A DNA stretch of 64,000 bases, from positions 64,001 through 128,000 of IMG/VR virus record IMGVR_UViG_3300021197_001635. One strand, 5' to 3'. This document shows positions 49,134-58,932 of this stretch, piece by piece; position 1 is the stretch's first letter; each line of letters begins with the position of its first letter. The notes below the pieces were generated by a model, which was given only the letters and a program-made list of their open reading frames with translations, was not told the origin of the DNA and made no database searches. A program made the translations under genes and the position numbers. Source of the stretch: a virus.

Positions 49134-49337
49134 ATGCCTAGAGAAGAAAAAGATATGGTCTGGAAAGAACCAGTGGATAAGACTCAATGGCTTTTAGATC
49201 TAATAGATGCTGGAGAAGCAGTAGTGCTTGGATATGAGAAATACCTATTGAACAGGCTTGATCACAACGATCTTGCTAGAATAATGTCTGAACTGCATTC
49301 TCTATTGCCAATGTCTTTGAAAGATAAAAACGATTGA
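49134..49337 (+). CDS. Hypothetical protein
   Basis: GGAGG RBS; CCTAAATA late-like motif upstream. Confidence 0.55.
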   Translation: MPREEKDMVWKEPVDKTQWLLDLIDAGEAVVLGYEKYLLNRLDHNDLARIMSELHSLLPMSLKDKND

Positions 49338-49357
49338 ACGCTCCTTTTCGTTATGAA

Positions 49358-49430
49358 GGGAACGTAGCTCAGTCGGTAGAGCATCCGCCTTTTAAGCGGG
49401 TGGTCGTGAGTTCGAGTCTCACCGTTCCCA
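49358..49430 (+). tRNA. tRNA-Lys(TTT)
   Basis: GGGAACG/CGTTCCC, TCCGC-CTTTTAA-GCGGG. Confidence 0.93.
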
Positions 49431-49501
49431 CTTTTTGTGCGTGGCGTTCAGAACGCCACGTTAGGCCACAACGACTTCTATAGTACTTGACAAAAGAATA
49501 C

Positions 49502-49530
49502 TTGACAGAATAGATAGTCTGTGGTATAAT
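49502..49530 (+). promoter_or_regulatory. Sigma70-type early promoter
   Basis: TTGACA-17-TATAAT. Confidence 0.85.
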
Positions 49531-49623
49531 GGTTTTTGTAAAAGCATCAATAAGATCCAACCCGATGGGGTATGAGATGCAAATGTGAATTGAAACATCG
49601 GGAATTTTAAGGAGAAATGGAAT

Positions 49624-49902
49624 ATGCCTCTAGCACCCGTTTCTAAGCGTCGTCAGGTCATCAACTTCCTCACTAACCACCCAACCAAGGGTCTTACCAT
49701 CGCAGAAGCGAAGAGCAAGTTCGGAATTTCCAATCTTGCTTCGACCATGCGTGGTGTGAAGAATCAAGTTGAGGCCTTCGGTAACTGGGAGATCACCAAG
49801 ATGCGTACGCCTCGCAACAAGGTTCGTTACTACATGAACGATACCCATCCAGGCATGCGTACCTACGGCTTCGATCGCGAAGGTAACCGTTACACGATCT
49901 GA
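49624..49902 (+). CDS. Winged-HTH DNA-binding protein
   Basis: GLTIAEAKSKFGISNLAS..VRYYM; AAGGAG RBS. Confidence 0.7.
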   Translation: MPLAPVSKRRQVINFLTNHPTKGLTIAEAKSKFGISNLASTMRGVKNQVEAFGNWEITKMRTPRNKVRYYMNDTHPGMRTYGFDREGNRYTI

Positions 49903-49904
49903 TT

Positions 49905-50019
49905 CCTAACGGAGTCACCCCTACAATTCAAGTCTTTTGGTGGGTTAATTCCCATCGAAAGACATTCTTGACAAGTGAATAAAGTCTCAGAAGAGGTGGT
50001 TCGAGTCCATCCATTAGGG
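49905..50019 (+). ncRNA. tRNA-like small RNA (acceptor stem and T-arm, atypical interior)
   Basis: CCTAACG/CATTAGG; GGTGG-TTCGAGT-CCATC; internal 13-bp hairpin. Confidence 0.5.
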
Positions 50020-50247
50020 CTTCAGTAAGACCCTGTAGTGTATGTCAGAGTTTAGCACGCTGAGACACGATTTTTCGTTTTTTGTTTGGAACTACCTACC
50101 AAAGGAGACCTGCTATGGAGACCTAAGATTTTATTAATAAGATAGGATTTTAAGATTATAGCACGTCGATTGACAGACTCAAAACAGCAACACAACCTAG
50201 CAGGGACTGGTCTTCCTCTTGGGTCGAGAACCAAAGGCCAGCGTCCT

Positions 50248-50272
50248 GACCCCGTACGTAACGGGGTCTTTT
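50248..50272 (+). terminator. Intrinsic terminator
   Basis: GACCCCGT-acgta-ACGGGGTC-TTTT. Confidence 0.8.
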
Positions 50273-50278
50273 CATATA

Positions 50279-50307
50279 TTGACAGAAGATCCAAGCCATG
50301 GTATAAT
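50279..50307 (+). promoter_or_regulatory. Sigma70-type early promoter
   Basis: TTGACA-17-TATAAT. Confidence 0.85.
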
Positions 50308-50333
50308 GGAAATGTCTCCAAAGGAGTGAAAAC

Positions 50334-50525
50334 ATGGCAAAAAGAGTATGGGACAGATTTGATGAAGAGGCAGAAAAAGAAGGCAATGCCTACAGTAGGC
50401 AGGTGATGACTCAGATCATCAAAAAAGGCGGAAGAGAAGGTAAAAAGATCAGGAAGCAAAGAAGTGGAATGCAGGCTGCTCTTAACCGATCCGAAATGCG
50501 TATTATGAGGAAATATTTGGTATGA
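50334..50525 (+). CDS. Small basic protein
   Basis: AAGGAG RBS. Confidence 0.6.
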   Translation: MAKRVWDRFDEEAEKEGNAYSRQVMTQIIKKGGREGKKIRKQRSGMQAALNRSEMRIMRKYLV

Positions 50526-50737
50526 ACAAGTTTTGTCTAGATTGTGGAAATGAAATCCCGATGGCACGTTTGGATGCCGTACCTGACACAGATTATTGTG
50601 TCGGATGTGTGGATAAGAATTCGAAGCCAGTTGTGGCTAGGTTGATCTTCAACCACAAGACCGCTGGTGAGGTATTCATCGCCAAGGGTAAAGAAAATGT
50701 GAGGATCCTTGAGAGGGAGTACTCGAGGGGCAGATGA
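50522..50737 (+). CDS. DksA/TraR-type C4 zinc-finger protein
   Basis: CLDCGNEIPMARLDAVPDTDYCVGC. Confidence 0.85.
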   Translation: MNKFCLDCGNEIPMARLDAVPDTDYCVGCVDKNSKPVVARLIFNHKTAGEVFIAKGKENVRILEREYSRGR

Positions 50738-50742
50738 TTCTT

Positions 50743-50750
50743 TATAAATA
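50743..50750 (+). promoter_or_regulatory. T4-type late promoter
   Basis: TATAAATA. Confidence 0.7.
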
Positions 50751-50768
50751 ATTATAAAGGGACACCCC

Positions 50769-51029
50769 ATGAGAATCGTGAAAGTAACTTGGATAGATGC
50801 AGAAGAATATGGTGAAATCGGTTGGAACTCCCTAAAATCGATCAAAACTTATGCCAAGAAACCATGCCCCACTATGATTAGTGTTGGGCATGTGTTGTAT
50901 GAAGATGATAACCATATATCATTGATCAGCACTCTTGGTGATAAAGAGTCCAGCAGCCTTGAGAAAATACCAAAGAGCTTCATCAATAAGATAGAAGAAC
51001 TAGTAGAGAAGGTGAAAAAAGATGCCTAG
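50769..51029 (+). CDS. Conserved phage hypothetical protein
   Basis: VKVTWIDA..GW..SVG..IPKSFI. Confidence 0.65.
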   Translation: MRIVKVTWIDAEEYGEIGWNSLKSIKTYAKKPCPTMISVGHVLYEDDNHISLISTLGDKESSSLEKIPKSFINKIEELVEKVKKDA

Positions 51030-51315
51030 TTATGAATATGCATGCAAGGAATGTAAGGTGGTGTGGGAAGAGGACAGGTCAATCGCTAAATGCCTTGTAC
51101 CCACCAATAAAAAATGCCCACACTGCGATGCTAAAAGGGGCAGCATTTATAGGCACTTCAGCTCTGCGCCTGGAATGAAGATGGATGCTAATATGGATTT
51201 GACGAAAACTCATAATCATGGTGGATTCCAAGACGCGATGAGGAGAGTTGCAAACTCCCCAGGCGTAAAGGGGACTTACGCAGAGAAAATTATCAAAGAT
51301 AAACACATAAGTTGA
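51022..51315 (+). CDS. FmdB-family zinc-ribbon protein
   Basis: MPSYEYACKEC..CPHC. Confidence 0.8.
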   Translation: MPSYEYACKECKVVWEEDRSIAKCLVPTNKKCPHCDAKRGSIYRHFSSAPGMKMDANMDLTKTHNHGGFQDAMRRVANSPGVKGTYAEKIIKDKHIS

Positions 51316-51546
51316 GGCCTGAGAAATGAAAGAAGAAGACAAGAAAATAATGATGCAAGATACCTTATCAATGCATATAGATAAGGTTCCAACCGATCAC
51401 GAGAAAGAAGGGGAAGAGGAATCAGATGCTTCCCCTCCAGCGAACAGTTCTAAAAACATTAGTCTCGATACTTGATAGGGTATAGACTCGCTAATAAATA
51501 AACATACACTATCACCATTAATCCCGAATGCAGGAGTATTTTCGTT

Positions 51547-52620
51547 ATGATTGAATCTGGTAAAGTGAATTTTCTAATCGATGGTCAGTGGGGAAGCACT
51601 GGCAAGGGCAAACTTGCTGGTTACATGTACAGCAAGCATGACAACCTGAGAATGGCAATTAGCGATAATATGCCAAATGCGGGTCACACCTTCACAAGAG
51701 ACGGCAAGAATTTCATCTTCAAGGCACTTCCCACTGGTGTTCTTTTCGATAATGTGACGTCGCTCATCGGTCCACAAGCAGTAATGGGCGAAGAACAGTT
51801 CCAATACGAGATGGAAATGGTGAAAAACGAAATCGGTCATTACCCCAAGGTAATTATCCACCCGATGGCGACGGTTGTCACCGCCAGTGACAAAGATGCT
51901 GAGGCAGGAATCGTCAGCAAGATGGCAAGCACTGGTCAGGGATCATGTTCTGCTACAGTTAAGAAGATGTGGAGACGAGGAGAGGCAAATCTTGCCAAGA
52001 ACAGCAAGGTATTCGGAGAGTACGTAGGAGATACGCACAATTTCTTGCATATGGGACTTAAGAAAGGTGATGCAGCACTTTCAGAAGGCAGTCAAGGTTT
52101 TGATCTTTCTATGAACTGCGGACACGCCTATCCACACACCACATCACGCGATTGCCTGATCGGCAGAATGATGGACAATGCTGGTTGTCCAGTTAAATCA
52201 GTGGGCAGCATCATCGCTTGTCTGAGGACACTGCCAATCCGAGTGGGTAGCACTGAGAACACCAGTGGTCCTTATTATGATGATCAGAACGAGATAGACT
52301 GGAAGATGGTATCTGAAATGTGCGGTCAAGACGTAGAAGAGAGAACCACAGTCACCCAGAGAGTGCGTAGGGTCTTCACCTTCTCCGAAGAGCAGACCAG
52401 AAAATTCTGCGAGTATGTACGTCCAGACTATGCATTCCTGAACTTCGTCAATTATTACAAGGACGAGCAGGAGAGAACGTCAGCAGTAGAATCTGTTGCC
52501 TCCATCTTGACAGAGTATGGTTGTGATCTTACACTGCTTGGGACAGGTGCAGAACTGGAGGATATGGTAGTCACCGATAATGAAACCATCCTCAACAAGC
52601 AGGAAACCTTATTCGCATGA
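51547..52620 (+). CDS. purZ: PurZ-like synthetase (adenylosuccinate synthetase paralog, 2-aminoadenine pathway)
   Basis: QWGSTGKG instead of PurA QWGDEGKG; PNAGHT; RTLPIRV; SGPYYDDQNEIDW; TTVTQRVRRVFTFS; FLNFVNY instead of TKLD; 357 aa. Confidence 0.8.
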   Translation: MIESGKVNFLIDGQWGSTGKGKLAGYMYSKHDNLRMAISDNMPNAGHTFTRDGKNFIFKALPTGVLFDNVTSLIGPQAVMGEEQFQYEMEMVKNEIGHYPKVIIHPMATVVTASDKDAEAGIVSKMASTGQGSCSATVKKMWRRGEANLAKNSKVFGEYVGDTHNFLHMGLKKGDAALSEGSQGFDLSMNCGHAYPHTTSRDCLIGRMMDNAGCPVKSVGSIIACLRTLPIRVGSTENTSGPYYDDQNEIDWKMVSEMCGQDVEERTTVTQRVRRVFTFSEEQTRKFCEYVRPDYAFLNFVNYYKDEQERTSAVESVASILTEYGCDLTLLGTGAELEDMVVTDNETILNKQETLFA

Positions 52621-53174
52621 TAATTAACTGTGTAATAGGTCAGGCTGGAAGTGGAAAATCTACCTTCATAGGACAGAAATTCCCTAGGGACCAGTACATT
52701 TTCTTTGATGTGGGTGACATCCTGAGAGGGATGTTTACCTGCTTCAAGGGCAATCAGGGCAATAAGAATGTCTGGAGCTTTGCTAACCCGTTGGTGTATA
52801 GCATTATGAAGAAGTGCGTCAGCATCTCTTCTAAGACCAATTACCCAGTTGTATTTGATGGATTTCCCAGAAATTCCACTCAAGTCAGGCATCTCCACCG
52901 ATACCTTACCTCCCCTAGATTGGGGAAGGTGGAGGTGCTGGTTCATTGTTTAGACATAAATATGGATGAGCAAATGTCCAGAATTGAGAAACGGAATGGT
53001 GGTCTAGACGAATATCAGATCAAGAGGATCAAGCAGTCTAGGAACGATTTTGAGGGTGTCATAGAAGAAGTAGAGAAACTGATGCTAGACTCCCGAAACC
53101 ATCCAGTATCCTATAAATGCATGTGGTACAAACAGGTAGATGATGGATTCACACTAGAACAACCTAGGAGATAG
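52617..53174 (+). CDS. Adenylate-kinase-family NMP kinase
   Basis: GQAGSGKST, VGDILR, DGFPRNSTQ; ATGA overlap with purZ. Confidence 0.8.
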   Translation: MIINCVIGQAGSGKSTFIGQKFPRDQYIFFDVGDILRGMFTCFKGNQGNKNVWSFANPLVYSIMKKCVSISSKTNYPVVFDGFPRNSTQVRHLHRYLTSPRLGKVEVLVHCLDINMDEQMSRIEKRNGGLDEYQIKRIKQSRNDFEGVIEEVEKLMLDSRNHPVSYKCMWYKQVDDGFTLEQPRR

Positions 53175-53176
53175 AA

Positions 53177-53731
53177 ATGGCATCATTTAATATAGAAATA
53201 CCCGATGAATATCTAGGTGGTGGTGAAGATTTCGGTTTCACCACCGTCGATGCTGATGTTTTCGAGCAGCAGAACCAGCAAGAAAGAGAAGTAGCAGAAG
53301 AAGTTGCTGGTGAGATTTCTTCCAGTCTTACCAATCAGATCAATTCTAAGATGAGCATCTTAGAGGGAAAGATAAATGCTGTCTTATCCAGACTGGAAGA
53401 TAGCACTGGGGAAGATGCCATAGATTCATCCATAGACGTGAATAGGATCGAAGACAAAATAGATAAGATCCTAGCTATGGAGAACACTGAACTCGCACAG
53501 TCGATACAAGACCAAGGTGCAAGTATACGTGCTGTAATCGATGAGGTAGAAGAGAGAAAGAACCAACTAGAGACTCTGCATGCAGAGAAAATGATAGATC
53601 TAGAGAAACTGGTATTACCTCTGCTCATTAACCTCACTAAGAATCCAGAGAAAGAATACCTATACTGGCCTGATAGAGTTAGTAAAGTTCAAGATCAGAT
53701 CAAGAGGGTTCTGGAAGTAACCAGAGGGTAA
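53177..53731 (+). CDS. Conserved T4-like coiled-coil hypothetical protein
   Basis: DFGFTTVD..PLLINLTKNPEKEYLYWPDR. Confidence 0.7.
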   Translation: MASFNIEIPDEYLGGGEDFGFTTVDADVFEQQNQQEREVAEEVAGEISSSLTNQINSKMSILEGKINAVLSRLEDSTGEDAIDSSIDVNRIEDKIDKILAMENTELAQSIQDQGASIRAVIDEVEERKNQLETLHAEKMIDLEKLVLPLLINLTKNPEKEYLYWPDRVSKVQDQIKRVLEVTRG

Positions 53732-53737
53732 TAAGTC

Positions 53738-54409
53738 ATGCGTGAATTATTTGAACATGTGGGTCTTCCAGACCAACTGATGGGAACCGATTTGGGTGTT
53801 ACCAACAAGAGCGGTAAGAGGTTCTATAAGGCGCCTGGTGGTGAACTACTGCCTAGCGTAACCACTGTGACTGGATGGGAGAAAAGACAATTTTTCGCAG
53901 AGTGGAGAAGGAAAAATCCGCAAGAGTCGAAGAGGGTTCTGTCTCAAGGAACTTCGCTGCATAAAGTGATTGAAGACTATCTTAATAATGATGCTGATTA
54001 TATGGGCAATGCTAAACCCAAAGTAATGAATCTATTTAACTACATCAAGCCTTTGCTTCATAAAATCAAGAAGATAAGAGCACAAGAAGTGGCATTGTGG
54101 AGCACCAAGATAGGTCTAGCAGGTAGGGTAGACTGCATTGCTGAATATGACGGAAAACTGTCTGTCATAGACTTCAAGAGTAGCAAAAGAGAGAAGAAAG
54201 TAGAATATATTGATAACTACTTCGCTCAGGCTACTGCATACTCTCTAATGTGGCAAGAAATCACTGGTATACCGATTGAGCAGATAGTAATACTGATATC
54301 TAGCGAAGACGGTACTATACAAGAATTCACGGATAAACCGATAAGCCATGTTGCAAGACTTAAAGAGATGATCGATGCCTACAACTTGGACTGTGGTGTC
54401 ACCTTGTAG
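53738..54409 (+). CDS. PD-(D/E)xK (Cas4/lambda-exo-like) exonuclease
   Basis: PSVTTV, GTSLH, AGRVDCIAE, IDFKSS, YFAQATAY. Confidence 0.88.
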   Translation: MRELFEHVGLPDQLMGTDLGVTNKSGKRFYKAPGGELLPSVTTVTGWEKRQFFAEWRRKNPQESKRVLSQGTSLHKVIEDYLNNDADYMGNAKPKVMNLFNYIKPLLHKIKKIRAQEVALWSTKIGLAGRVDCIAEYDGKLSVIDFKSSKREKKVEYIDNYFAQATAYSLMWQEITGIPIEQIVILISSEDGTIQEFTDKPISHVARLKEMIDAYNLDCGVTL

Positions 54410-57400
54410 GTAGTCGTGTCGGCAGCGGTAGATCCAGGATTTAAGTATACCGCTTTGCCCTTTCTCTTGGGGACCGTGCCAGTGAACTTGCTGGGGGGAT
54501 TGGGGTTGGTATGATCGGTGAAGCTAGCAGCAGTAGTGATCGTTGTATCACTTGAAGCACCATCGGTATTCTTCTGGAGGATCTTGACATTAGCACCAGT
54601 GGTTGTTACTATGAGTCTGCCATCAGTCCTGAAGGATCTACCGTCTTCAAAGCAATTACTATCAAAGACACTAGTACCAAATGTGAACCCGTCTCCAGTT
54701 CCACTAGAAGCGGTGATCAAACATATATCTCCAGAGGGACCCCTAGCAACTCCTTGTTTCAGATATACACCCCCAGTTCCACCAGTCCATCCAGCAGTGC
54801 CCGTGTGTTCATTGACATATACCTCAATTAAACCGCGATGCCCTCCGCTTGACCCTATAGCTCTCGCTAAATTAGAGGCTCTATTCTTTGCACTAAGCAA
54901 ACTGCTGGTGGCATTAGTGCCCCTTCCGAACATGACGGGTATCGCAAATCCTACGACAGTGGCATGTGCTGATGTCACTCCAGAAGCAGATCCAGATATA
55001 CCACTCATATTATAACCACCGACACCATCTCCAGTTATGCTCTGGGTCAGTTTTATTGCCGATTTGTTGACGAAGTTTGCAGGATCATGATCTGCAGTAA
55101 TACTAAGATGTCCATTTATCGTGGCGAGTTCAATGGCGTTGTAGATATTGGTAGCCATCTGGTCATTGGTGAAAGTACCACCAGCAACAAATGCATAAGA
55201 ATTAACACCCAGTATGGGCATACCTGCACTACACGTCGCTCCAGTTCCACCAGTGGGACCAGCATCTGCTGATCTGCCCCCATCCCCTGTGAAGGTAATA
55301 GTTCTGGGACCCGAAAAACCTTGACCATTATATAGATTGTAATTATCTGTAATAATGAGGGTCTTCTTGCCCCAATTACCCACACTGGCATTAGTACCAC
55401 CACTGGCTTGATTCAATATAACATCTATATAGGCTGATGCGGTTGTTCCGAATGGTTCACCAGTGTTTAGATAACCTCCGCTGAAACCAGTCGCTCCATA
55501 ACCCCCATACTCTATTGATAGTAGACCTGAGGATAGGGTAGCACCTATTGGGGTATTACCCTTCGCACCTAGATTTCTACTTTGGATCAGTTCCACATAT
55601 GAAGTCACACCAGCTGGATCAGTTGCGGACAGGGAGATATCTTTATTAACGATTGCCATGCTGATCGCATCGAAGATACTGTCTGCTATCCCAGTAGGAC
55701 CTGAAGCACCATAGGTAGAAAATGCATATGCGTTGGGACCTAAAACTGGCATCCCCACCCCAGCAGAAGCACCAGTGCCTCCAGTTGCGGATGTAATGAT
55801 TCCACTTGAATAGAATCTGATGCTGCCAGTAGAACCAGTGTTACCGTCACTCAATGAGAACGAAACTAATCCACCAGTGGGTCCTTTCCACTCAGGGTCT
55901 GCTCCACCGTGGAATCCGAATGCTGATCCCTTAGAGGGCGCAATATTAGATGAAAAACTAGTGGAGTCATACTCGCTGAATCTAGCACCACTTATTCCTC
56001 TATTACCCTCTTGCCCTTTAACTACTTGGGCTAGATTTATAGTATAGGGGTTGGCAAACGTGGTGGTTATATTCAGGTCTCTATCTGCTATTGCTAGGGC
56101 TAATGCTTCACCTATTCTGGTTGCCACCCCAGCAGTGCCCAAGTTATGGGATCCAGATGATACAATCCCTCCAGTAAATGCTGTTGGTCCAGCACTACCA
56201 TTGAAATCTTGAGATATGGGGGTATCACCAGCAGTGCCCAAAATGGTTTGTGTTAGTATCAGTGCTCCTAATCCCCCAGTAGGACCACCCTCTGTTCCTG
56301 CAGTTGTCCCTGCTTCTACAGATATGCTGCCGCTGTGACCCCCAGTGCCCACTGCATCTGAAGAATCTGTTCCTCTGATTGCTTTCACCAAAGATGCCAC
56401 TGCAGATGCCGAACTTCCAGATGATGCTATGAACTTGTTCGTGATGAAATCTTGGAATGTAGCACCAGTATAGGTAATCCCGAATCCACTAGCATTGATG
56501 AGATGAAGGGTATCTCCAACAGTCGGTCCAGTTCCCCCAATAGTGAGGGTGGCGGCTGCAAACCTTTCAGAGGCTAAATCTCCCTGTATTCCGATCACAT
56601 ATCTTTTATGTCCAGATATGGTGGATGTGGGAGTAGATGAATCGAAATGGAAGGCAACTTCATTGCTGGAAGTGCCACCTCCAGAGAAGTTAGCACTATA
56701 AGTTATTCCTTGTGCGGTTGATCCACTGTCAGATATTGTTGTATTACCAACATTACCAGCTGTGGCTTGGGTCAGCAAAATTCCATATCCCCCAATGCCA
56801 CCAGTGATGGAAGAGTCGTAAGACAACGCGGAGCTTGTGCTACCGCTATTGCTAATAACTGTATTACCTTGGAAACCCACTGTTTCTTGTTCCAGATAGA
56901 TATTATAACTTCCAGTGGTTCCTACAATGCTTCCCTTCTGGGATGCTTTTATATCCAACTGGGTCATAGTATTAATACTTCTGGTCACCACTCCAGCTAT
57001 ACCGCTAGCGGTCAACCCCCCTATGGGCATGGTAGCGCCCATTACTCCGTGGGTCAGACCTGAACTAGCACCAGCATTAAAGGTGAACGTTATCCCAACA
57101 CCCGCAGAGTCTAATAAGTGGAATGTTCTATTACCAACTGTATCTGAAGAAGCACCTGAATTAATTGCTATTATGCCCTCAGCAGCGATCGCACCAGAGA
57201 CAGCAGAGGAGGTAGCACCTATATTGAGTGAAGTTAGGTTGATACCAGCTACTATATTGTCCCTAATCTTGCTAGAATTTAGACCGTCAACACCTATGGT
57301 CATGCCAGGCGCAGTCGATACCGATCCGTTGAAGGTGAATGTGAGTCCAGTCCCAGTATCATCTATTAGATGGAATGTCCTATTGGCAAGATTGACCTCA

Positions 57401-58932
57401 GCACCAGTCTGCCCAACCACTATTGTAGCAGTAGCCCTAGAGGGACCAGCATCCCTTAACACTAGATCAGATCCACCCCAATTTCCTTCTGCAGAAACTG
57501 CTGTGGAATCCAATTTTCCATTGCCTTCATTGATGATTAGTTGTGCGGTAGCACCAGTCCCAGCACTGTTATTTCCAACCAGAACCGATAATTTTGCATT
57601 AGCGGTTGTGCCATCATCCTTGGCGATATATACCTTGGATGTACCCTCAATTGAGTTGATACCTATCACAGAATTATCAGGCATATAACCAGTTGAACCT
57701 GTATGCATATTGAAAGTTAAACCAGCATTTAACAATACCCTATTATGTCCGTTCCTAGAATTGATAGCACTTTTTAAGTGACCAGCAGCGAGTATTGCCT
57801 TAGCCCCAGCATCCGAGCCACCACTGCCGTCTTGGAATACCACGTTTGTGCCACTTAGATCACCATCGGCAGCCGCACCATCTGCTACTGCTTTATATGT
57901 GACATCCGTTCCATCAGTAGATATCATCCTTATTGTACCATTCACCTCGGCAGCATTATCGAACGCGAATTCCGATGATGATCTAGCAGCAAAGTTCGGT
58001 TGTCCTCTATATTTAACTATCAGTTTGGGTCGATCAGTAGGTTCGGTAGCATTCACACTGTGGAACACATGAGCATTAAAATATTCACCAGCAGTTAGGT
58101 CTTGGTCTCTAACGATCATGAATCTACAGACGGATTGCTCGTTGGCAACAGCATGCTGAACCAAAGGAGTCACATCTATATTTAATTCAGAAACCCCATC
58201 TATACTTCCAGGATCATTAGAAATGCTATCTCCGAAAGAGGCTGTGACAAATAATGGGTTGTTGAAGTGTTGGGACGGACCAGCCTGCACATAGTCGTTT
58301 GCACCAGTTCCTTCTGTAGTCCAAGGTACACCTGATATTGAGTCAAACGCTTTCCAGAAATACCAGTCCATCTGCTTGATATCTGCTAGTTCGTTTGCAG
58401 ACCCATCTGCATTGGTAGTAATACCCGATATATCATGGTTAAGCAGGTAAACCTTTGCGCCATACTCTCTGGTCGTAACGCTTTGCTGTCTTCCAAATCC
58501 AAATATGTTTTTTATTTTCAACCTCAAAATGGCATTATCTATCTCAGTATCTGTGCGGAATTCTGGTAAACCGTCTGCCTCAGTGTTGGAGAGAGCAGTA
58601 TTCATATCAACTACTACCACACCCCTGCTAATCTGGGCACTATAGGAAGGCTCTAGATAGCAAGTACTAAGAGCATCACCAAATTTCCATTGACCAACCG
58701 TGAATTTTGCAAGATCCCATCTATCATTCTCCGACACAGGTGGTTCTTCACCAGCCCCATCCCACCACAAATGGCTGCAATATTCATCCCTTAGATAGGG
58801 TATAGAGGTATCCTCTTCAACATCTAAGACAACATTGTATTCCCGCGTTTGATCACGAGAAACACCACCTAAGACAGTATTCTGTCTGCCAGTTAATCTA
58901 TGCCTGGCTTTTTCACTCATGTAGCAATCCAC
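54379..58932 (-). CDS. Large Gly/Thr/Ser-rich virion fibre/decoration protein with DNRLRE-like N-terminal domain
   Basis: AILRLK..PWTTEG..IDVTPLVQ..FHSVNA..RPKLIVKY; internal repeats NRTFHL, MPxLGxNxYAF, LTQ..GxxGNT; start likely 58920. Confidence 0.7.
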   Translation of the reverse strand: MDCYMSEKARHRLTGRQNTVLGGVSRDQTREYNVVLDVEEDTSIPYLRDEYCSHLWWDGAGEEPPVSENDRWDLAKFTVGQWKFGDALSTCYLEPSYSAQISRGVVVVDMNTALSNTEADGLPEFRTDTEIDNAILRLKIKNIFGFGRQQSVTTREYGAKVYLLNHDISGITTNADGSANELADIKQMDWYFWKAFDSISGVPWTTEGTGANDYVQAGPSQHFNNPLFVTASFGDSISNDPGSIDGVSELNIDVTPLVQHAVANEQSVCRFMIVRDQDLTAGEYFNAHVFHSVNATEPTDRPKLIVKYRGQPNFAARSSSEFAFDNAAEVNGTIRMISTDGTDVTYKAVADGAAADGDLSGTNVVFQDGSGGSDAGAKAILAAGHLKSAINSRNGHNRVLLNAGLTFNMHTGSTGYMPDNSVIGINSIEGTSKVYIAKDDGTTANAKLSVLVGNNSAGTGATAQLIINEGNGKLDSTAVSAEGNWGGSDLVLRDAGPSRATATIVVGQTGAEVNLANRTFHLIDDTGTGLTFTFNGSVSTAPGMTIGVDGLNSSKIRDNIVAGINLTSLNIGATSSAVSGAIAAEGIIAINSGASSDTVGNRTFHLLDSAGVGITFTFNAGASSGLTHGVMGATMPIGGLTASGIAGVVTRSINTMTQLDIKASQKGSIVGTTGSYNIYLEQETVGFQGNTVISNSGSTSSALSYDSSITGGIGGYGILLTQATAGNVGNTTISDSGSTAQGITYSANFSGGGTSSNEVAFHFDSSTPTSTISGHKRYVIGIQGDLASERFAAATLTIGGTGPTVGDTLHLINASGFGITYTGATFQDFITNKFIASSGSSASAVASLVKAIRGTDSSDAVGTGGHSGSISVEAGTTAGTEGGPTGGLGALILTQTILGTAGDTPISQDFNGSAGPTAFTGGIVSSGSHNLGTAGVATRIGEALALAIADRDLNITTTFANPYTINLAQVVKGQEGNRGISGARFSEYDSTSFSSNIAPSKGSAFGFHGGADPEWKGPTGGLVSFSLSDGNTGSTGSIRFYSSGIITSATGGTGASAGVGMPVLGPNAYAFSTYGASGPTGIADSIFDAISMAIVNKDISLSATDPAGVTSYVELIQSRNLGAKGNTPIGATLSSGLLSIEYGGYGATGFSGGYLNTGEPFGTTASAYIDVILNQASGGTNASVGNWGKKTLIITDNYNLYNGQGFSGPRTITFTGDGGRSADAGPTGGTGATCSAGMPILGVNSYAFVAGGTFTNDQMATNIYNAIELATINGHLSITADHDPANFVNKSAIKLTQSITGDGVGGYNMSGISGSASGVTSAHATVVGFAIPVMFGRGTNATSSLLSAKNRASNLARAIGSSGGHRGLIEVYVNEHTGTAGWTGGTGGVYLKQGVARGPSGDICLITASSGTGDGFTFGTSVFDSNCFEDGRSFRTDGRLIVTTTGANVKILQKNTDGASSDTTITTAASFTDHTNPNPPSKFTGTVPKRKGKAVYLNPGSTAADTTTYKVTPQSKL

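Noticed and set aside
49905-50272. tmRNA
   Set aside because: tRNA-like ends enclose only ~115 nt and there is no tag reading frame.
51547-52620. Ordinary PurA auxiliary metabolic gene
   Set aside because: Lacks GDEGKG and TKLD; carries PurZ-type GSTGKG and NFxN.
53738-54409. Cas4 indicating a CRISPR system
   Set aside because: No Fe-S Cys cluster and no array; matches the common T4-like exonuclease.
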